Below are positions 24,948 through 33,605 of a stretch of DNA of 37,746 nt, in pieces. The stretch covers positions 1 through 37,746 of the IMG/VR virus record IMGVR_UViG_3300032292_000152. One strand, given 5' to 3'. A program made the position numbers and the translations under genes. The notes below the pieces were generated by a model that worked only from the letters and a program-made list of their open reading frames with translations, made no database searches and was not told the origin of the DNA. Every line of letters starts with the position of its first letter. The first letter of the stretch is position 1. This stretch comes from a virus (Duplodnaviria; Caudoviricetes).

Positions 24948-27038
24948 CTACTGAACGCTTTGAGTGTTCATTTGCCCCATTTGCGCTGGAGCGGTACCAA
25001 CCCGCCCAATCTCAGCATTCTGCATCTGAGTGAGGGCAAACTGATACTGCTGGGCATACTTCTCAAGGCGTCCACGGAATGCCTCATCTTGCTCCACTCG
25101 CTGAGCAACATCAGGCTGAGCGACATATTGCTGGATGACTTGGAGGGCAACCTGAGCGCCGTTAGGGCGAGCAGGCATCTCAATGCCAGCAAAAATCTTA
25201 GATAGGTCATCCGTAACCAGCTTAACAACTTGCTGAGAAGCTTGTTCTGCTGGCTGCAAGATGGCGTCAGCCATGATGGGATCAATGGCAGCAGCCATAG
25301 ACTCAAGCAGGCTGTCAGTGTTAATGCGCCCGTTCTTGTCCAATTGCAAAAGATTTACAAATTGGCCTAGGCGAGCTTCCTGCGTCTCAGGATCGTTGTT
25401 CAGCACATCAAAGCTAATCTTGATGTCGAAGTCCTCGTCAGGATTGCCCTTCTCAAACTGCATGGGGTCAGCCACGCCAGTGACGCGGAAGAACACCTGA
25501 TCTGGGCCAAACCGCTGATAGCATTTAAATGCCATCTTGATTACATCCTGCGTATGGGACAGGAACTTGTTGACGAAGTATTGCTGACGAATAGCAGACA
25601 ACGGATCGTCAACGGCAAGACCGACAATCTTGTCGGCAGCGCCAATCATCGTGCGCTCCATCTCAATGGAACCCGGGTTGTACGGAGGCGTAGGCCCAAA
25701 GCTAATCTCACCAGCACGGCGCACGGGAATGTAGCGACCGGGACCGTAGTCTGACGGAGCATTGCCGGGAGGATGCAGGATTGGCGGCAGAGTCGCCAGA
25801 CTGTTGCGGTCAGTGCGGCTATCGCGTTCCGCCTTCACCTGATCCTGTGGCCCACGGAGAAGGTCCGAGAACGTCTCGATGTCGTACATCCGCTTGGATG
25901 CATTGCTTAGACGAGTGACGACAAAGGGATAGTCGTTGTAGCCGTTCAGAAGCTCAAACTTGGCGTAGCCTTGAACCTTGGCATCACCAGACCACTTAGG
26001 GTGGAAGATGGTGCAGTAGATGCCCTCAGAGCCGTCCTCAGAGTCAATCAGACGCTGGAAGCCGTAGACCACCTCGATGAGTTCGTTGGCGTTATACTGC
26101 TGGCGATAGCGGGTCGTAGACGAGCTACGGGTGCCATAGACGCTCTCCAGATTGTACGTGTTTACCCCACGATACTTGGAGCAGACATACTCGGCCCAAG
26201 ACTCATCCCAGCCATCAGAGGTGACGCGGGACAACACTTCCTGCACCGTCAGGAACGTGCGATAGAAGACGAAGGGGGCACGCTGGGGATCAATGCAGTA
26301 GGACGGGAAGAACACGTCGCCATCAGGGGCACACGTCTGCAAGAACGGACGATCCACCGACAGGCGGCTAATGGGAATCTCGCCAACACCCTTCTCGCGG
26401 AGTTCCTTCAAAGCCTTCTTGGCCCGCTTGTCCACAAGATCGGGATAGACCGACTTGAACATGGCAATGACATCATCGTCATTCTTGCCCTCGATGATGA
26501 GACGCGCCAAGTCTGGCGAACTCGTGGCAATCTGGTTGAGGTCAATCTTCTGGAGATACTTCTTCTCCATGCGCTCCCAGCCAATGTACGTAATCATCAG
26601 GCCGCGCTCAAGAAAGTAGTTGGCACCAAGCTCCATCTCCTCGCGGAAACGCGGGATGTAGGACGCCACCATCCACTTGAGGAATGCGCTGACTACCCGT
26701 GCGCGACCGGTGTCAGAGTGCTCAGTGGGATAGGCCCGAATGTTTGCACGAGCAAGCGACGCCATGAACAACGAGACGTAGTTGTTGATGCGCTCGTCAA
26801 TGATGCGTGCCTCGGTGTCGGACGCACCTTCCCACGGGAAAGCATCAGCACCATGCTTCCGCATATCGGAAGACTTCCCCGGCCAATTGCAGCGACGGTT
26901 GTCCCCGCTGGTGATGCACTGATTGAAGTAGCTGGAAAGCTCAGTGAGCGTCCTATCATACGCCCCACGCAGCACAACAACGTCAGGACCATCTTGGTCA
27001 ACAAATGTGAGAGCGTGCTGAGACTTTGTTTCTTGCAT
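24948..27038 (-). CDS. Portal protein
   Basis: About 696 aa between TerL and scaffold. FPWEGASD, YPFVV, DRNSLATLPP and a Gln-rich C-terminal barrel. Start at MQETKS (27038). Confidence 0.9.
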   Translation of the reverse strand: MQETKSQHALTFVDQDGPDVVVLRGAYDRTLTELSSYFNQCITSGDNRRCNWPGKSSDMRKHGADAFPWEGASDTEARIIDERINNYVSLFMASLARANIRAYPTEHSDTGRARVVSAFLKWMVASYIPRFREEMELGANYFLERGLMITYIGWERMEKKYLQKIDLNQIATSSPDLARLIIEGKNDDDVIAMFKSVYPDLVDKRAKKALKELREKGVGEIPISRLSVDRPFLQTCAPDGDVFFPSYCIDPQRAPFVFYRTFLTVQEVLSRVTSDGWDESWAEYVCSKYRGVNTYNLESVYGTRSSSTTRYRQQYNANELIEVVYGFQRLIDSEDGSEGIYCTIFHPKWSGDAKVQGYAKFELLNGYNDYPFVVTRLSNASKRMYDIETFSDLLRGPQDQVKAERDSRTDRNSLATLPPILHPPGNAPSDYGPGRYIPVRRAGEISFGPTPPYNPGSIEMERTMIGAADKIVGLAVDDPLSAIRQQYFVNKFLSHTQDVIKMAFKCYQRFGPDQVFFRVTGVADPMQFEKGNPDEDFDIKISFDVLNNDPETQEARLGQFVNLLQLDKNGRINTDSLLESMAAAIDPIMADAILQPAEQASQQVVKLVTDDLSKIFAGIEMPARPNGAQVALQVIQQYVAQPDVAQRVEQDEAFRGRLEKYAQQYQFALTQMQNAEIGRVGTAPAQMGQMNTQSVQ

Positions 27039-27267
27039 AGTGTTGGTTGTTATGATAGCACGCTTTTGCGTGAGACATGGCATTCTTTATGATGTTGGTG
27101 ACGTACTCCTTGGGTCGCCCAATCTTGTCGGCAAGCTCATCTGGGAACATCTCCACTGCGCTATTCTTCTTTGCCGTCACCGCATACTCGTAGGCAATGA
27201 GCCTATCAGAATGATTCAATAGCCACTTCTTGTCTGTTGTAGGATCAATGTTGTTGTCCTTCAACAT
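26998..27267 (-). CDS. Hypothetical protein, possible HTH
   Basis: Start at MLKDNN (27267). FPDELADKIGRPKEYV is HTH-like. Confidence 0.55.
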   Translation of the reverse strand: MLKDNNIDPTTDKKWLLNHSDRLIAYEYAVTAKKNSAVEMFPDELADKIGRPKEYVTNIIKNAMSHAKACYHNNQHYARNKVSARSHIC

Positions 27268-27544
27268 AACGATAGGATGTGCCAGTGATGTCTGAGATTG
27301 CTTCAACTTGGATGTTCTTACCAACAAGTTTCTCTGTTAGTCGCCGGGGAATAGCAACATGAATGCGTCCGAGGTCTTGACCAACAGCAACGCAATAGAC
27401 CCACTGCGGATTGTTAGCTTGCTTCAGCACCTTTGCGGCAAAGATGCTAGTTTGCTTTGGCACTTCTACCGGAGCAACGATGGTCTCAACAATGGGCTCA
27501 ATCTCGTCAACAGGAGCCTTAACTTTAGGTTTAAGTTTTTTCAT
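27245..27544 (-). CDS. Hypothetical protein
   Basis: TAATG coupling with the terL stop. Confidence 0.7.
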   Translation of the reverse strand: MKKLKPKVKAPVDEIEPIVETIVAPVEVPKQTSIFAAKVLKQANNPQWVYCVAVGQDLGRIHVAIPRRLTEKLVGKNIQVEAISDITGTSYRYVEGQQH

Positions 27545-29154
27545 TAGTATCCGCCTCGCGCTTGGGTTTTGGTTTTCATGGAATCAGGCGGGACATATCC
27601 AACCCCGCTAATTGCTAAATATCGCATCACGTCGATTGGGTCTTTCCATGCCTCTTCCAGCCCGCCGTCTGCGGTGTATTCCTGAAGGGCCATGATGATG
27701 TTTTGGCATCTGTCGCTAATCTTAAAGCGAGGGCGATTAATGGCATCAATGGGCATCTTCCTATTGTACGCCATTTGCGTCTGCAACGCTTGCAGCCCGT
27801 CCTCGATGTCTAGCCCCGGTGCAGGGATGAAGACAAGCCCAGCGTCAGCCAAGTCTTCTATGATGCTGCTGGCCCCGTCCTGCGCCTGATACTTCGCGGC
27901 ACCCAGCCTAGGATCAATCAGCCTCTCAAATATGTTGTCGGCAGTCTCGGACTCCAAGGAGGTGATGAGGTCAACGTAGTCCTTGATGCCATAGCCCAAG
28001 CCCTTGGCTCCCTCTCCGGTTGACCACTTGCCGCCATGCCATTTAGCCCAGTCTCCAGTGTTGCTGTCTGGCCACTCCCGATAGACCCACCAGCAATTGC
28101 TTTCGTCAATCGCCACCCAGCACATAAACCAGTTCTTGCGGCCCGCTGGGTCCAGCACCATGTACTTCGTTACGTCCTTATGCGGAATCTGAGAGTGAGG
28201 AACCACGTTCACTTCCTTGCTGAAATTCGGGAATCTAGTCGTGTAGTTCTTGGTGGGGATGCCATACGCCGCCGTCAGCGTGTAGTTCTCGTCGTTCTTG
28301 GCCTTACACTGCTCCACGATGGCGTCATAGCCGCTCCACGGGTTGTCCTTGCTGTGGAAGTAGATGATGCCCGTGTTCTTCTCTTTGTTCCGCTGAGCAT
28401 ACGGCACCATGCGGCCATTCAGCAGTTCCGCCGACCTACTCTCAAGCGTCTCCGCTCCCTCGATGTAGTAGCGCACCGTCTCCGTAACGCCATCCTTAGG
28501 CGTGAACGTCAGCAGCATCTTGGCATTGCGCGTAGCCAACCGCAGATAGAGCCGGTCAAGCATCTCCATGCCCTGCAAATACTCGTCGCACCACGCCCCA
28601 ATGTTTGCCCCAGAAGGCGTGTAGGCCCCAAGCTCCATGCCTTCAAGGATGGACTGATTCTGGGCAAACTGGCTGTACGTCTTAAACATGATGCGGCTCT
28701 TATTCGGGAACACCAGCGAGTTCCCGGCAAAGCCGTTCTGCATGGAGAACGAGATGTAGTGCGTCTCCTCCGTCGCCTTCTTCTTCAGCTCTTCCGGCAA
28801 GTACTCGTAAACCGCCGCCTGCTGCACAACTACGCTGTTCTCCTGATTCTGGCTAAAGCAGTAGATGAGAGCCCCGGCGTTCTCCATTGCCGCACGGACA
28901 ACTGACTTGGCCCCATAGCTTGTTTTTCCGCTGCGATTCGCGCCAAGGAGTAGCAGGGTCCGGCAATCACTCAGCATCTTATCTGCCTGCTTCCAATGGG
29001 GCAGCACCCAGCCATAGCGGTAGGGATCACGGCGGCTATTAGCAATCGCCTCATGGTAGGTCTTCCAGAGGGCAATGAGATCACTAGCCTCCATGCCGCC
29101 CACCTCTTCATCCGTAGGCGGAACCAGAATCTTATGCTGTTCCCAAGTGAGCAT
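27544..29154 (-). CDS. terL: Terminase large subunit
   Basis: Walker A GANRSGKT, Walker B AWCDE, LTFTP, nuclease motifs VLDPAG and KDPIDVMRY. Confidence 0.95.
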   Translation of the reverse strand: MLTWEQHKILVPPTDEEVGGMEASDLIALWKTYHEAIANSRRDPYRYGWVLPHWKQADKMLSDCRTLLLLGANRSGKTSYGAKSVVRAAMENAGALIYCFSQNQENSVVVQQAAVYEYLPEELKKKATEETHYISFSMQNGFAGNSLVFPNKSRIMFKTYSQFAQNQSILEGMELGAYTPSGANIGAWCDEYLQGMEMLDRLYLRLATRNAKMLLTFTPKDGVTETVRYYIEGAETLESRSAELLNGRMVPYAQRNKEKNTGIIYFHSKDNPWSGYDAIVEQCKAKNDENYTLTAAYGIPTKNYTTRFPNFSKEVNVVPHSQIPHKDVTKYMVLDPAGRKNWFMCWVAIDESNCWWVYREWPDSNTGDWAKWHGGKWSTGEGAKGLGYGIKDYVDLITSLESETADNIFERLIDPRLGAAKYQAQDGASSIIEDLADAGLVFIPAPGLDIEDGLQALQTQMAYNRKMPIDAINRPRFKISDRCQNIIMALQEYTADGGLEEAWKDPIDVMRYLAISGVGYVPPDSMKTKTQARGGY

Positions 29155-29672
29155 CAGGCTGGCTCCACCTTCACCTCAACGCTGCCCGCCTTGTTCTTGG
29201 CCTTTGCCGCCGCAATAGCAGCCATAGCGTCCTCAAGCGAGGGCTGACCGCTGCGATGCTCAACAACCATCTTGTTGCCCTCAGAAGCCATAAAGAACTT
29301 ATCCGCGTACACGCCATAGCTCATGGCCAAGTCACGCAGATTGGCCCGCTTCAAAGCACTCTCATCCTCACTCAGCATCCGCATCTTCTCATGCTGCAAC
29401 ATCCGCGCACCTTCTGCCAACTCCAAGGCATCCTGCGCCAACTGCTCCTTGCGTTGGTTAATCAAAGCCGAATGCCGCGTCCTAAGCGCAACCAGCGTGT
29501 AGTAGTCCATCCCCTCGCTGTCCCTAATCTTCTTCCACGAGATGCCGTCAGCCATCATCTCCAGCGCCCGTGCAGCCTTAGCCGGATCACGTCCCTCGAT
29601 CATACGCCGATTAACCGCCGTGCGGGCAATAGCCACAGCCACCTTCTTCCTGAGGGCCTTCTTCTCTTCCAT
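29154..29672 (-). CDS. terS: Terminase small subunit (probable)
   Basis: Directly upstream of terL with TGATG coupling. HTH-like segment followed by helical oligomerisation region. Start at MEEKKA (29672). Confidence 0.7.
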   Translation of the reverse strand: MEEKKALRKKVAVAIARTAVNRRMIEGRDPAKAARALEMMADGISWKKIRDSEGMDYYTLVALRTRHSALINQRKEQLAQDALELAEGARMLQHEKMRMLSEDESALKRANLRDLAMSYGVYADKFFMASEGNKMVVEHRSGQPSLEDAMAAIAAAKAKNKAGSVEVKVEPA

Positions 29673-29680
29673 ATCGCAAC

Positions 29681-29695
29681 TGAGACTCATTATCA
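29681..29695. promoter_or_regulatory. Fur-box-like operator upstream of terS
   Basis: The minus strand reads TGATAAT-G-AGTCTCA versus the 7-1-7 Fur consensus TGATAAT-N-ATTATCA. It lies 8 nt from the terS ATG. Confidence 0.5.
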
Positions 29696-30416
29696 TCTTC
29701 ATGGCAAGACCTAATTTCGCGGGCATCCACTCAACAATCAAAAGACATAACTCCCTTAATCCGCGAGCATTGCATAACCATACAAATTACTTCACAACCT
29801 TTTGTCCTTTCCCCCGTCCCTTACAAACAACTTACGTTCAACTATGTTGACGCGACAACTCCTCTGTCATCTCCCCGCGTAAACTAGAGCTTGAGGCCAA
29901 GGGGGACCGACCTGTTGCAATTTTTTTTAACTCTGGGGTGGACCCAATAATTTATCCCCTAGGTTGGGTTTGCGAAGACCCCCTCCCCCCCGGTAGCCAC
30001 TAACCTGTGAAGGACGCCGTTCTACCCTGTCCATCCAACTAATAGAGGCAGCGAAGCTGCTCTGTATCTTCGTTTTCGCTGGTTAGTTGCGATTGGACTG
30101 TCGAGATGGCTTCAGTTGCGCGTGTGTGAGAGAGGAATGCGAGGGAAAGGGTTAGAAATGTGGTTAGAAACGGGGTTAGGAATGGCTAGCTTGGAATGCT
30201 AGCCACAGCTATAAAGGTGTTTGCCATTAGTGGGCTTAGGACGCGATCAAAGGCAGTGCAACTTGGTCGCGCCCGCAGTAGTTGGTGCGTGACTGTCTTG
30301 TAAATCAACTCCGGCGAAGCCGGAAAAATTTTTTTGGAATAGGCCTGGGTGTTATTCCCCATAGGGTGAATACCCTATACGTGAGCAGCTGGCTCATAAG
30401 TGGACATTCGGGCAAC

Positions 30417-30445
30417 AAAAAACCCGGCGCTGGTTAGGCGCCGGG
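30417..30445 (-). terminator. Intrinsic terminator closing the amidoligase cassette
   Basis: Minus strand: CCCGGCGC-CTAACCA-GCGCCGGG-TTTTTT. Confidence 0.85.
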
Positions 30446-30454
30446 CGGGGTGGG

Positions 30455-30571
30455 TTACGGTGTTGGAGGTCGGGGCGGTTTGATGATGAGCGCGAGGACC
30501 ACGAGGCCCAAGGCGATGCAGATGCCGAGGAGGAAGTCTGCTGGTGTTGTGATTATGTGGTATGGGTTCAT
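30455..30571 (-). CDS. Small single-pass membrane peptide (38 aa, not in the ORF track)
   Basis: MNPYHIITTPADFLLGICIALGLVVLALIIKPPRPPTP*. ATGA overlap with the GATase stop; ends just before the terminator. Confidence 0.75.
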   Translation of the reverse strand: MNPYHIITTPADFLLGICIALGLVVLALIIKPPRPPTP

Positions 30572-31404
30572 TGTTCTACTGGGTCTGCGATCTCGTCACC
30601 GAACATATAAGCCTGCGCGGCTTGCGCGCTGGTGTGGCGCATTGGCCAATTGGGGCCGAAGGCGGCGGCGCGGTCTGCGTCGGTCGCCCATTTGTGCGGC
30701 GGCGATTGCGTGATGACTGGCGGGATCGGCTTCGGGATTTTGCGGGACGTGTGATTCGTCTTGCTGCTGAACGTCAGCAGCGTTTGTGATTTGACCGTGT
30801 GATTGACGGGAGCGCCGCCGATCTCGCAGGCCTCGGGCGTCGTGCCGAACGTGTAGCCGCCGGAGTCGTTCCGGCCTGCTTGAAGTCGGGCCGTGTCGTC
30901 TTTGGCAACGTGTAGCTGCCAACCGCTGGCCGTGGGTTGGAGCATGCCGAAGGCGAAGTACCCCGTGATCTCTGCGAGCCGCTTTTCGTCGTTACCCTCC
31001 ATTGCGAGGAGCAACAGTTCCGAGTCGCAGGTCGTTTCCCTGTTTTTGATCGTCGAGGAGCGTACGATTCCATTGTGAATCAGGGCCGAGCCATTACCTA
31101 GCATTGGGTGCGTGTTCTGCAGGGATTTCCCGCAGGTTGCCTTGCGTCCGTGAATGAGCAGGAATCCTCCGTTTGATGCGTTCTCGCCGTTTTCGTCGTC
31201 GGCGAATCCGAGGCAAAAGTGCGGCGGTTTCGTCGTGAGTTCGGGGCTGCTGGATTTGAGCCAACAGAGTTTGCCCTTGCGGTCGATCCAAGCGGCACCG
31301 AATCCGTCAGACTCTCCGGTTTGGTTGAAGTAGCTCCACGCCGTGGCGATGGTCTGTTTGAGCTTTTTGGCGCTGTGCGCCGTGGCGATGATGATTTTGC
31401 ACAT
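30568..31404 (-). CDS. Class II (Ntn) glutamine amidotransferase
   Basis: Cys2 nucleophile (MCKII), DGFG, HGRKAT, NTHP, HNG and DSE motifs. Confidence 0.92.
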   Translation of the reverse strand: MCKIIIATAHSAKKLKQTIATAWSYFNQTGESDGFGAAWIDRKGKLCWLKSSSPELTTKPPHFCLGFADDENGENASNGGFLLIHGRKATCGKSLQNTHPMLGNGSALIHNGIVRSSTIKNRETTCDSELLLLAMEGNDEKRLAEITGYFAFGMLQPTASGWQLHVAKDDTARLQAGRNDSGGYTFGTTPEACEIGGAPVNHTVKSQTLLTFSSKTNHTSRKIPKPIPPVITQSPPHKWATDADRAAAFGPNWPMRHTSAQAAQAYMFGDEIADPVEQ

Positions 31405-31427
31405 GGTCGTTTTTGGTTGGTTTGGGT

Positions 31428-32495
31428 TTATTCGCTCTGTTCGGTGGTCCGCCCGTCTTGGTTGCTGTACTGCGCCGGATTTAGGACCTGATGGCGTGCG
31501 CGCCAGTATGTGGCCTCGTAGTCCATTAAGGGGAGTTGACCGAGGGTGCCGATGCAGTCGGCATCTTTGGGATTGGAGCGGAGCGCGATTAGGAGCTCAC
31601 ACAGGCGAATCCAGCTAAGAATTTTGGCGTAGTCGAAAGTTGCCGAATGAAGGCGGATCTCAAGGGTTTGATATTTGGAGAAGCTGCAGAAGTTGACGGC
31701 GCGGTAGCGGTCGGACCCGGATGCGCTGATGCCGAATTTGCAATAATTTTGATCACGGCGTGACGCCGGAACGAGTTCTTGCAACGCGTGCAGCCATTTG
31801 TCGACGCGTTTGGCGATCTTCAGAACATCGGCGGACGTGCGTCCTCGCATGTCGAAATGCACGTGCAGGCCGCAAGATTTGTTGCATTTCATGCCAAGCG
31901 TTTTGAGTTTTGCAGCGAGGCGATAGAGGCGCGGTTCGAGCATGGAGCGGGGGAAAACTGCTTTAACTTCTGCGGGCTTTTCCGCGCTGTTGTTGGTGCG
32001 AATGCTGCCGTCGCCAACGATACGACTCCAGTGCGGTAGGTTTGCCGAGAGGGTTTCGTGGTCGTGGAGGCTGAAGCCCTCAAGCTCAAGGCCGATGGCT
32101 TTTTCGTAGCGGAACGACTGGGGGACGAAATTACAGCGGCGCATTTTCTGTTCGACCGTGACCCCGTAAGAGATGCGCGCATCAACGTTCATGGCGTCAA
32201 TCCGTGGCTCGACTGGTTTCCGGCGGTAACGCTCCATGAGTTCGGGCAAGTAAACTCGGGTGGTGGGGAAGAGGCTGCAAATGGTGCGGCGGTAGGATTT
32301 TGCTATTGCGCTGCGGTCGGGCGGGAAGGCAACGTACCCGAGGTGATGTCCGCTGGTGTCGTATACGTTGACGATGCGCGGCGTTGTGAAGAACTGGTAG
32401 CCGTTTGCCTCAAGCGTTTGGTGGCAGAACCGGACGGCATCTGCGGAGTAGCCTTGCGGGGCGATTGGGAGGGCGAATTTCAGGTGCGTTTTCAT
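31428..32495 (-). CDS. Putative amidoligase (COOH-NH2 ligase, Amidoligase_2-like)
   Basis: IGLELEG, DGSI, E, SCGLHVHFD, RYRAVN, TLEIRLH. Start placed at MKTHLK (32495). Confidence 0.88.
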   Translation of the reverse strand: MKTHLKFALPIAPQGYSADAVRFCHQTLEANGYQFFTTPRIVNVYDTSGHHLGYVAFPPDRSAIAKSYRRTICSLFPTTRVYLPELMERYRRKPVEPRIDAMNVDARISYGVTVEQKMRRCNFVPQSFRYEKAIGLELEGFSLHDHETLSANLPHWSRIVGDGSIRTNNSAEKPAEVKAVFPRSMLEPRLYRLAAKLKTLGMKCNKSCGLHVHFDMRGRTSADVLKIAKRVDKWLHALQELVPASRRDQNYCKFGISASGSDRYRAVNFCSFSKYQTLEIRLHSATFDYAKILSWIRLCELLIALRSNPKDADCIGTLGQLPLMDYEATYWRARHQVLNPAQYSNQDGRTTEQSE

Positions 32496-32613
32496 GTGTC
32501 TGTGTGTTTTTGTGTTTTGGTTTTCCGGCTGTGCCGGGAAATTTAGAATGCGTACGCGAGTCCGGCTCCGAGGAGCAGGCATCCGGCGATGTAGGCGGTG
32601 ACCGTCGCGATAT

Positions 32614-32629
32614 TGTTCCACGTGGAACA
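32614..32629. promoter_or_regulatory. parS: parS site 1 (TGTTCCACGTGGAACA)
   Basis: Perfect 16-bp palindrome matching the chromosomal ParB/Spo0J consensus TGTTNCACGTGNAACA. Confidence 0.9.
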
Positions 32630-32646
32630 TTTTTGCGGGGTCGGTT

Positions 32647-32868
32647 TCATCCTTGGTCGAAGTCGATGGTGATTCCCTTGCTCGCGTTCACGAACACGCG
32701 GGGCTCGTTTGAGTAGATCACGCCGAGCAGTTTTTCGAGGGCGCGCGGCGTTTTTACCGTGGTCGTGGTTCCGTCGACCGTGACAAGGTAGCGGGGGAAC
32801 GTGCCGCGTTCTGACGTTGGTCGCTCGAGGGCGGCGATTTTGAGGTTTTCCGTGGTGTGGTATTTCAT
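32647..32868 (-). CDS. Hypothetical protein (73 aa) between the two parS sites
   Basis: Protein-like composition, same strand as the amidoligase cassette. Confidence 0.7.
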   Translation of the reverse strand: MKYHTTENLKIAALERPTSERGTFPRYLVTVDGTTTTVKTPRALEKLLGVIYSNEPRVFVNASKGITIDFDQG

Positions 32869-32955
32869 CTTTTTTGGGGGGTCGCTGTCTGGGCGCTTAC
32901 TCTGGCTGGGTGGGTGCTGGATGCGAGCTTAGTTTTGCCTTTTTGTGTCATAAAA

Positions 32956-32971
32956 TGTTCCACGTGGAACA
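32956..32971. promoter_or_regulatory. parS: parS site 2 (TGTTCCACGTGGAACA)
   Basis: Second identical 16-bp palindrome, 342 bp from the first. Confidence 0.9.
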
Positions 32972-32976
32972 CTTAC

Positions 32977-32991
32977 TGAGATTCATTCTCA
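32977..32991. promoter_or_regulatory. Fur-box-like operator upstream of the amidoligase cassette
   Basis: The minus strand reads TGAGAAT-G-AATCTCA. It is 13/15 identical to the box at 29681-29695 and in the same orientation. Confidence 0.5.
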
Positions 32992-33469
32992 CTTCGCACG
33001 CGCTTGTTTTTCTTGCCTTTTAGCGGATTGGCTCCTGAGGCGGAGCCGAAAACCCGTTTAATTTGCGTGTGAGATTGGGTACTAGGTTTAAAAGCGTGAA
33101 TTCTAGCCATGACATCACTCACATCTAAGGCTAGGCGGAGCGGAGCGACGACGAAGCCGTGGTAGTTATTGCGCGTAATACTTATAAAGCGTTATATACT
33201 TTGCGCTTCCGTTACTATACATCTTAAATAGGTCCATTAGATGACGCTTGAAGCTTGGACATTGAGCAATAGATGAATGCAATAGCGGAATGCCTGATGC
33301 AATTATAGTGGAAACTACGACGCGACGAGCGGGAACAGTGGCGAGAAGGCAGCGGCAGTGATTGCGGCGGTTGTGTTTGTGGTGATTGTTGAGCGTGCGA
33401 CGAGTGCGCTGAGTTGCGTCGTGAGCGTCGTTGTCGTCGTCGAGGGTATGGGGTAGGGCGCGGGTGAGA

Positions 33470-33507
33470 ACTAACGGCCTCAGCTGTGACTAACGGTCTC
33501 AGCCGTG
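33470..33507. repeat. 19-bp tandem duplication
   Basis: ACTAACGGCCTCAGCTGTG followed by ACTAACGGTCTCAGCCGTG (17/19 identical). Confidence 0.85.
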
Positions 33508-33526
33508 GGCTGGATTGAGTTTGCCC

Positions 33527-33594
33527 CTACTCGTTCCAAACTACAACGGTCGTGGCGTTGACCCGTGTGACGGAGAACGGCCTGACGGAATCTC
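33527..33594 (-). pseudogene. Diverged duplicate of the 3' end of gene 33679..33900
   Basis: Encodes VRPFSVTRVNATTVVVWNE* versus VKPFSVTRINATTVVIWNEP* in the gene. Mostly third-position changes plus a 1-nt deletion. Confidence 0.8.
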
Positions 33595-33605
33595 CTTAAG
33601 AGCGC

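Noticed and set aside
22376-28905. Long plus-strand ORFs antisense to capsid, portal and terL (22376..23335, 25971..27092, 28036..28905), and 8586..9512
   Set aside because: These are shadow frames of strongly codon-biased genes, with no motifs or expression signals.
32496-32630. N-terminal extension MFHVEQ... of the amidoligase in the ORF track
   Set aside because: MFHVE is simply the translation of the parS palindrome. The downstream ATG at 32495 has the A/C-rich leader typical of this genome.
33168-33195. dif/Xer site (ATTGCGCGTAA-TACTTA-TAAAGCGTTAT)
   Set aside because: The left arm resembles the XerC arm (8/11), but the normally better-conserved XerD arm matches only about 5/11.
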